A stretch of DNA of 64,000 nt, from assembly GCA_038496445.1 (NCBI GenBank), contig JALMLS010000497.1, positions 1 to 64,000 of the forward strand, given 5' to 3'. Below are positions 55,901 through 64,000 of the stretch, one piece after another. Under the pieces are notes generated by a model, which saw only the letters and a list, made by a program, of their open reading frames with translations, ran no database searches and was not told where the DNA came from. Both the position numbers and the translations under genes were made by a program. The stretch's first letter is position 1. Every line of letters starts with the position of its first letter. This DNA is from Trichosphaerium sp. ATCC 40318 (Eukaryota > Protista > Tubulinea).

Positions 55901-56408
55901 TTTTGGGAACATTCTTTCGCTCTTGGCGCTCCCTAAGGTAATGTGTATGAGTGATAATTATGATTACAACGTTAGGGATTTTTACGACATATTTGTCAAG
56001 AAATTCGCCTTTTTAGCGCACGTGATCATCAAAAAGAAAAAATAAAAACCAGAAAATTATGACAACCTAGTGTCGTAAAGTACTTGGGCCAAAACAAGAT
56101 AGAAGGGTCATTTTAGATACCACATTATACACCAAGTACTCTATTTGTAAAAACCCAAGTACTGCACACGCATAGCGGTGGAATTTACGATAGTAAAGAA
56201 TATATCTCCCGCTAGATGTAAGGAAGGAAAAAAAAAAAAAAAAGCAAAAGAAAGTGTTTCATCCGCGTATCGTTACTTAAGAATCGAACGGAGAAACACG
56301 GTTGAGTGTTTTCTAATGATAATTACTTTAATTCGTACCGTATACCGTATAAGTAAGAGCTAACACGCATAAGAAGATAAGGGAAATATAAGTAGCGTGT
56401 GTAGCCAT
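49921..56408 (-). CDS. Secreted protein: NF038122-like metalloprotease domain, IPT/TIG domain, ~1050-aa Pro/Thr/Ser mucin stalk and Cys-rich C-terminus
   Basis: Signal MATHATYISLIFLCVLALTYT, then VLVREIGHVLGF, LDLYRY, GIMDPVIS..NDVNVFHRLGW, PAIFWVFP..PGDTVTVRG, PTRAPT repeats and CDGFNCRCGSGEGNCSC..CICGPT..C..C..C*. Confidence 0.8.
50853..53880 (-). repeat. Coding tandem repeats (PTRAPT/PSTV) including a ~230-bp internal duplication (50853-51080 and 51531-51757)
   Basis: Visible directly in both the sequence and the translation. Confidence 0.9.
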
Positions 56409-56776
56409 TAGAGGCAATATCTTTCGAGAAGAGAATGACTGAACAAGACTGAAGGTTAAAACAGCGCTACTGGGTTCACAAAGTACCCAACACAACTGTT
56501 CTACTATGGTCACTATTTAATTATAGAGAAGATATGATATCACGTGATATACAGTCATAAGTGCGATCGTACAAAAAATAGAAATCAGGATCTAATTTTT
56601 TATCAGGCAAGTTTACTTTTGTGCACTCTTCTGATTCAATACGCGTAATAGGTGATATTTCAAACTGCCATCACATTACGCTGTAATTTGGGATTTTTAT
56701 TAACAGGTTTGAAAAAAAATTGCTTCTGGGCTACAACAACTACACCTGACTAGTTTTTCAACAATTTACATCTGAA

Positions 56777-59700
56777 CTAGGTTTCAAACGTTAAATACGG
56801 TTGCTTTTTAGTTCCATCTTCGTTTATTTCTTCAGGTTCTTGAGGCTTCTTTGGAATAACGAGGCATAGTAGCTTAAAGTGAAATGGTTAATAACGACTT
56901 ATTATAATTATTCTACTTGTGTACATACCACACAGACTAGGCAAAAGCACACAAGAGTGAAGAGGACAATAGCAACGATCAGATATATTTTGTAGTCTTC
57001 CCAAACTTTTGAAAACCCAGTTTTAGGCAAGTCTCCATCAGGAAGAACGCGAATAGCCCCTGATATCCTGAATAGTCCTTCACCTTTTATTGGATCTCCA
57101 GATACACCTTTAGGGAATACACCAAGTTGTATCAGGTACTCCTAATTGATATTAATTAACACCAAGAATTAGCATTTTTTGCTCCAAAAAACCGCAAGAA
57201 GTTTTACTTGCGAAAGCTTTGATAAAGTGGAATATTTGTTTTTGTGCTTTTTGATTGACAAATGTTACATGTATTTAATGATGTGACATACCTGTCCTTT
57301 TATAGCATCAAAAGAAATCATACTTTTAAATCCACACTCATTTGAACTGCAATCAATAATAGATGTATCTGATATAGCGCCACAATCTGAAGTAGAATAA
57401 ACTGCCATCTATTTTAAAGCAAAACGAGTGAGTACACATAATAACAAAACACGGACTGAGCAAAATACTGGACTTCAGAAAAAAAAAGGCAAAAAAAGAA
57501 TCACGTGTAAGTATTTGTACCTTTGTGTCAAGAAGAGGTGATAGATCATCACAAGTATCGACAGTAATAAACTGATCATCATCTGATATCCATCTAAACC
57601 AAACATCTGATTCAATACCACGCTCATCTGATATATCACAACGTTGCAAGTCTTGTCCAATTTGTCCGTTTGTAGCACTAAACAAAAGTAAACGAAAATA
57701 AGAAAAAAAAACAATTCAAACGAACTGTTACACTAAATGTTACAGTTTATATTCACCACCTACCGTGAATTGTCCCAAGGGAATAGCCCAGTTCCGTTTA
57801 TTGTAATAGCATCAATACAAAAATCGGCAACTACAACAACCATTAAATAAGGTGCAAAGAGAGAACTCCTTTTTTTTTTCAAGTTTAAAGTTATCAAAGA
57901 AACTAGCTCAAAAAACTTGGGTTTGTGCTAAATATTGCTAGCTAGCAATAACAGAAAATATTGTAATGAACGCCACTTAACTAAAATTACTACTTACCTT
58001 CTATAAGTTGCGATGGGGCTTCTGGTTGTATTTCAGTTACGCATTGAGGGTGTGCTATCAAAATATGATTTTCAAGATGTTGTCTAATTGCCCAATTCAC
58101 TCTAACGCTATCAGTCCCATAAAATCCTTTTCTACCCATGTATTCATGTATATCTGCTAGCGTCCCAACGCCATCTGTATCACAGTAGCTCATAATAGAT
58201 CCTAGCAAGCAACAAGTAAGAAAAAAAGGAAGAAAAAAAAGAGCGCACCTCCTGTTTCTGGTTTTTCTAATGGATTGCTACCGCATTCACCATCGCAATT
58301 ATCAATTGGCGGAGGGAATCCGGCGCCGTATCTAAAGCAATCCAAATCTTGATTATTGTAACAATGAGTATGAGGGCTTCCAAGACTGTGACCTTAATAA
58401 ACATAGTTAAACATAAATGCAACAACACAAAATGTTGTTAAAGAAATGATAGTTTATCTTGTATTGCTATTGTACCTAATTCATGACCAACAATAACAGC
58501 GTTCCATTTAGGATCATCTTTCAAAACACCTGAAACTCCTAGAAACAAATTTGTTAGGTGTCACGTGTTTAATTTTATCGTAAAATCAAAAGAACGTGGT
58601 TTCTTTTCCTGATGATCAACAGAAGTTGTAATTACCTAAAAAGTCGCGTGTACATACACCACGAACGTATGCTAACCCTCCTATTGTTCTACCGGAAAGT
58701 AGATGTACTAAACCAATATTTCTTTGTTCTACATACTCAATTCTTGATGCACTTTAAAATAAATTGTTAGCTCTTTTCTGCAAGCAACTTGTATTGTGTA
58801 AATGTATCCACTTACTCATCGTATTCAAACGTTAATTCGTTTAAAAAATCATGGGAACTAGCATCGCTTGTTAATCGTGCCCAAGGAGTAGCAGCTTTGT
58901 TTAAGCGTTAGGGTACAACAAAAATATAACAGAAACTTTTGACTAAAAATATAAGAATTATCATCTGTTTCCGTACTTGGTGTTTGAGATACAAAAACAT
59001 CAGCTATACTTATACGTATACCCAAGTCTCTTTCATAAAATATATTTATACGTGCAATGATACCAGCTATAAACTCAGCAGCAGCACGAATAGCCAATGC
59101 GCCATCATCTTCAAAAAACTGAAAGAATATGTAATCAGACTCGAATGCAGCCTGTAAAACAAATAAGTATCGACAGGGTTTATATTTATGCTTCATCGAG
59201 CGTGGGAGGGAAAACAATACAGTAAATAAAAAGAGTTGACGTTTTTTTGTACCCTGATGGCGTATACTGGCTGCCAGTTACTGAAATCTGTTGGACATTC
59301 CCTATTCATCTAGCATTAGAGTTTTTATGTACTTTTTGTGGCCTTCTTGTTAGTACGTTGTTTGTCGTTTTATGTGATCATGTGCTTGCTTCTTTATATC
59401 TGCTTCAAAGTCATGGATAGTATGATTGTGGGATCCACATTTAAACCTCGGAGGCTCAACTTCTTTTGGTTTCTGTTTTAAAACCAACACGTCGTTATCT
59501 CTGTGACCCAAGTACCACTCTCCCTAAAACTACATTAACCTAAAGAGATAACAAATTCGCTAAAAACCAATCGGGCAAATTGGCTAATAAAACGTACCTC
59601 ATGAAGTATGGATGCTGTAACGTTTTTAGACTCATGTATTGTAAGATGAACTTCCGAATCGACATCTGACGATACTTTGCCTGTGAAAAAATGCGTCTCT

Positions 59701-60103
59701 AAAAAAGTTTTTAGTACGAAATCACGTGTTACGAATAAAATACGAACTTGGCGCTTTAATAAAGCCTTCTCCGGTATGTACACGTGCGTCGCTGGCAAAA
59801 GGTGTATCAAGCTTTTTAAGTTTGTAACTCTGTGCTTCTAGTATTCCTCTATATTTAATGTAAGAAAGGGAGAACCAAGAGCCAAAAAACTAAAAATGAC
59901 ATTTTTTTTTACCTTTTATTCGTATTAGATGTTATTTCGAACTCTGACCCTGTATTAAACTGCCCTGGGTTATCTGCAAGTTGAGAGAAGGTGATACTGT
60001 GGGATGAAACCCATTCCATACTCAAAATCACCCTTATCACGTGATAAGCATACTGCTAGCGGTAGAAACAAACGTACAATAAGGTAACGACGAGAAGGCG
60101 CAT
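56777..60103 (-). CDS. Membrane-anchored M12B/reprolysin-like zinc metallopeptidase, paralog B
   Basis: Same exon structure and motifs as 35302-38492 (HELGHSLGSPHTH, GSIMSYC, YLTFET*). Confidence 0.88.
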
Positions 60104-61058
60104 TTGAGCTAGTAACACAGTTAAAAGTTGCTTAACTCAGTACAACACAACTGAAAATAATTTAAACAAATTGATGGTTGGCTTGACATAATGCCAGATA
60201 GCTGGGCAAAAGACGACGGAAATGGATGAACTGTGCTTGAAATTGGACGATGCCTAAACAACAAAAACAATACCTGATTGGAGGACCTATCTATTGGTTT
60301 GACCGCTTTGTCACGAAGCCTAAGACCCATGTTTTATTAAAAGTCACAAAACAATTGAACAACCAAAGAGCAACACAGACACCTGTCGCTTTTGACATTC
60401 GCGCAAGTACAATTTTGTGAGGCCCTGCAAGAGCAGCAACACATTTCCAGTGACGTTTTTGAGAATGTCAAGTGATAGTATGGACACCAGATAGAGTAGC
60501 AACACTTTTATCTAAGTTTCTGAAACAAAATTTTGTTGTTTTAGCTGCGTAATAAAGCAACATTTGCTTCATAATCCGTGTTCAGAAGATGTTCGAGTTT
60601 GTGCTACGTACATCCCACTGATGGTTGTTTCTTGTTCAGAAAACGCATGGTTGTACAGCCTTGATGAGGAATTTCTAACAAAGATAAATCATGAACACCA
60701 GCTAATCAGTGAACATACCAAATATACAAATGTTATGAACACTTTTGAGAGCTTTGTACCTTCATCAGTTACTGAGGTACCACCATAAAAGAATGAGTTT
60801 TTGACATGTTGTTTTGAGGAATGCTGTTTGCTCCAAAGACATTCATTGTTGCACTTTATATCGCAATGATTTTTTGCAACAAAGTATTCACTGTATGAGA
60901 TCTGCCAACAATTATAACATAGCATACATAGATGGTTTTTGATTCACGAATAATGTTTTACCACGACGGACTTTTTTGCGGGTTTTTTTATGTAGGATTT
61001 ATTGAACTGGAATTTAAAGTTTTTTTAACTCAGCGAATGGAATAACAGATTGTTTACA

Positions 61059-63270
61059 ATGAAAAACACGGAAGAGAACACCAGAAGCTTCACCAAGGTT
61101 AGCAAAACAAGCAATTTTTTGAAAACATCAAAACATACCTAACCACTGCACAGAGTGATATAGTTATTGGAACCGGAGCTTTTAAGACAGTTTATAAAGC
61201 TTATGATAATACACAAGTACAAATCCCTCCAAATATCGCTCACGCTAATGTTCACAGGGTATAGAAGTAGCATGGAGCGAAATAGACGTTAACAAGCTAC
61301 CAAAGCGAAAGTATGTATTTGTTGTAGGAAACCACAACACCTCTGGTAGTTAATACTGACACTATTATTTTTAGTCCAGAATATGAGTTGAAACGACTGA
61401 AAAGCGAAACAACGCTACTACGCCAATTGAAGTCATCAAAGCAGCTTATAATCAAATATCTGGACGCTTGGTTCGACAAGTAATACAATTTAGCAGAAAC
61501 CGCGTTTTGTTGATTTACATCTTAGAGAGCGAGGAGTAATGGTGCTAATAACCGAACTCATGAGCGGGTCATTGCGAGAGTACGTCTATAAGGAAATTCC
61601 AGTGGAAAACTTACCCGCCAACTCAGATTCGTCGACGCATGTGGTAATTTACATATTGGCGTATACAAGAGATGGTTAACGCAACTTTTGGAGGGATTGG
61701 GTACGCGTAGCGAACTTCGATTATTCTCTAACATTTTTTAGTTCTATTACATTCTGAAGTACCACCGATTATACACCGTGATATAAAAGCAGATAATATT
61801 TTTATTGATGGTACAGTAGTAGCGAAATTACCTTTTTTTTGTTGTTTTTTTGGGTTTTTTTGCAGTTTTTGTTGACTATTTTTTTTCTAGGCCGTGATGG
61901 CAGTTTGCGCATTGGAGACTTGGTAAATAGCTCACCTAGCTATTGTGTAAATTTATTTATTATTATTTAGGGTTCTGCTACTGCTTGGAAGCCTGTAGGA
62001 CTAACGCAAGGTGGTAAGTAGTTAAGCTTCAAAAATTCTCAGAGTTTTTTTTTTGACATTTATTCACGGTTACTTTTTAGTGGGTACCCTCATATACGTC
62101 GCTCCAGAGACTACTGATGGTAATTACGACACAAAGGTAAGCATTTGTTGCGAAAAAAAAAAATAGTTTCGCTTTTGCGATTTTTCAAGTTTGCTAACGT
62201 TAGTAGGTTGATATTTGGGCATTTGGATTAACTGCAATTGAAATAATAACAAAAGAAGCTCCTTACTCTGAATGCGAGCTAGTACAGCACGTGTGGGCGC
62301 TTATTTGCAAGGTACCTTGATACGACTACAAAACCTTTTATTACTTTTTTTTTGTTTAAATCATTCGCCTCACTTTCGCTAACACTCTCTTCCAATACAG
62401 GGTCGTCTTCCGCTTGCGTTTTATAAAATTAAGGACCCACTTCTAAGAGACTTCTTGCAATGTTGCCTTCAACTCGACCCAGAAAAAAGATGTACAGCAT
62501 CAGAGCTTCAAAACCATGATTTTTTAAAACCTGATCCAGAAAGAGATACACAAGTATTTGAGTTTTATAATGAAGAAGAAGCAAGAAGTCGTTATGGTAA
62601 TATTACAAAAGTAGGAGGAGGAGAAGGTATTAAAATGAACTCAACAGGTGCTGGGCAACCAGGTATTGACGCAGACCCACATCTTGCTTCAACTACAAAT
62701 AATCCTCTTGATATAACTCCAAGTACACCTGAAAGACCTTCACCTACTACTAGAGTATTAAATGGATTACCAAAATGTATTTTCAGTCCAGATAAAGTAA
62801 CACCAGATAGAAGAGTAGGAGTAAAAAAACCAAAAAAAGAACCTAGATCTCCTTTGGATTCTTTAACAGAGACTTCTCTTGAGAATTTTTCTTCAAGTGG
62901 TAGATTATCTCGTAATGGAAGTACAGTACTTGATCCTATACCTTTGGATATTCTTAGTCCTTCACCAGTACAAAGAAGGCCTATACAAGATAATACAGCT
63001 CAAGTATTGGCTATACTAAACAGTGAACCTGGTAATATCGTAAACGTTGCTACTAGTCCTACATTGGCTCCTAAACCTGCTATTATTAAGCCTAAACCTA
63101 TTAACCCTTTTCATGATCCTATACCTCTTCTTGTTGATACAGATGCAAACACACAATCATTGATATCATTCTCTGGCGATATGGAAGAAACAGAGCGATC
63201 TAATACTACTACAACATCAGTGCCTATCAATGAACCAGAACCTGTTTTATTGGATTTCAAGATGAGTTGA
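61059..63270 (+). CDS. WNK-family protein kinase with low-complexity C-terminal tail
   Basis: GTGAFKTVYKAYD (Lys in the Gly loop), GIEVAW, ITELMSG, IIHRDIKADNIFI, IGDFG and GTPHYVAPE. The start is approximate. Confidence 0.88.
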
Positions 63271-64000
63271 GATTTGGCCTACTACTTGATTCAAAAGCGT
63301 TGATAGGCGAAAATTTTTTTTAATGGTGTATAGTGTTTTTTGGCGTCCGTTTAGAAACGAACAAGTCAAAAAAAGAAGAAAAGAAGAAGAAAAAAAATCA
63401 GGTTCTTTTTTTTTGCTTTTTTTTTATGAGATGTAATGTAGTGAAGAATAATAAATGGCTTCAATCCTGGTAACAGGTGTATTATTTCTTTGCTTTGAAT
63501 TGATCCGGATCGTGATGGCTTGAACAGCAGTGACCAACTGGTTATTCGTTAAAAATGCCAAGTAACTTATTGATAGCAGCGTCTACGCACAAGTTAATTG
63601 CTACGTAGTTATCTACGCATAGCAGTAACGTTGGGTAGAATAGGCAAAACAAAGTTTTTCAGCTTGTTGGTCATAAATTACGCAACGGTAAGTATTTTTG
63701 CCATTATATACGCATTTGGTTTGTGTTTTTGTGAAAATGATGTATGCGAGAAGGTTCTGAAGCGGTATTTAGATACTGCACTTTAAACCTCATGATTACC
63801 AAGGCGAAATGCTGACAATCACTAAAATCCTTTATTTTTCAAAATTACCGCCAATTACGCAGAAAACAAGCTTACTCTAGCACTAGGACAACCATTGTGC
63901 AATCAATGAAGCGTAGTAAGGACTCTAACATTTGTCACGTAGTATAGACTTCTCTAATAGCTCACGTCGCACTTCAAAAGCGCTAAAAGACAAATAGACG

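Overview
AT-rich, gene-dense eukaryotic (protist) genomic DNA with many short GT-AG introns (donors often GTACGT/GTAAGT). The ORF track therefore mostly shows exon fragments, and I rebuilt about 25 genes by eye. An Shk-type kinase-SH2 protein and a Roco (LRR-Roc-COR-kinase) protein suggest an amoebozoan-like organism (inference). Housekeeping and signalling genes: Shk-like, Roco, WNK-like and STE20-like (pseudo)kinases, a PMP34-like carrier, a GalT-like HIT protein, TGT, a DUF2306 protein and a BAHD transferase. Highlights: (1) eight F-box(-like) genes, including a four-member family fusing an F-box-like motif to MORN-variant/YwqK repeats, and an apparent F-box + mitochondrial-carrier fusion; (2) several intron-containing genes of prokaryotic type: a Chlamydia-type TGT that has lost its Zn ligands, an archaeal/bacterial-type GalT-like protein, two M12B/reprolysin paralogs and an NF038122-like metalloprotease on a ~1000-aa mucin stalk with a degenerate RExxH motif; (3) a MITE with perfect 23-bp TIRs, an insertion carrying (TAACCC)n telomere-like repeats and a Rac GTPase relic; (4) strong enrichment of CACGTG, much of it in introns. 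Several single-base frameshifts in homopolymers probably reflect long-read errors. All family assignments come from motif recognition, not database searches, and gene boundaries are approximate.
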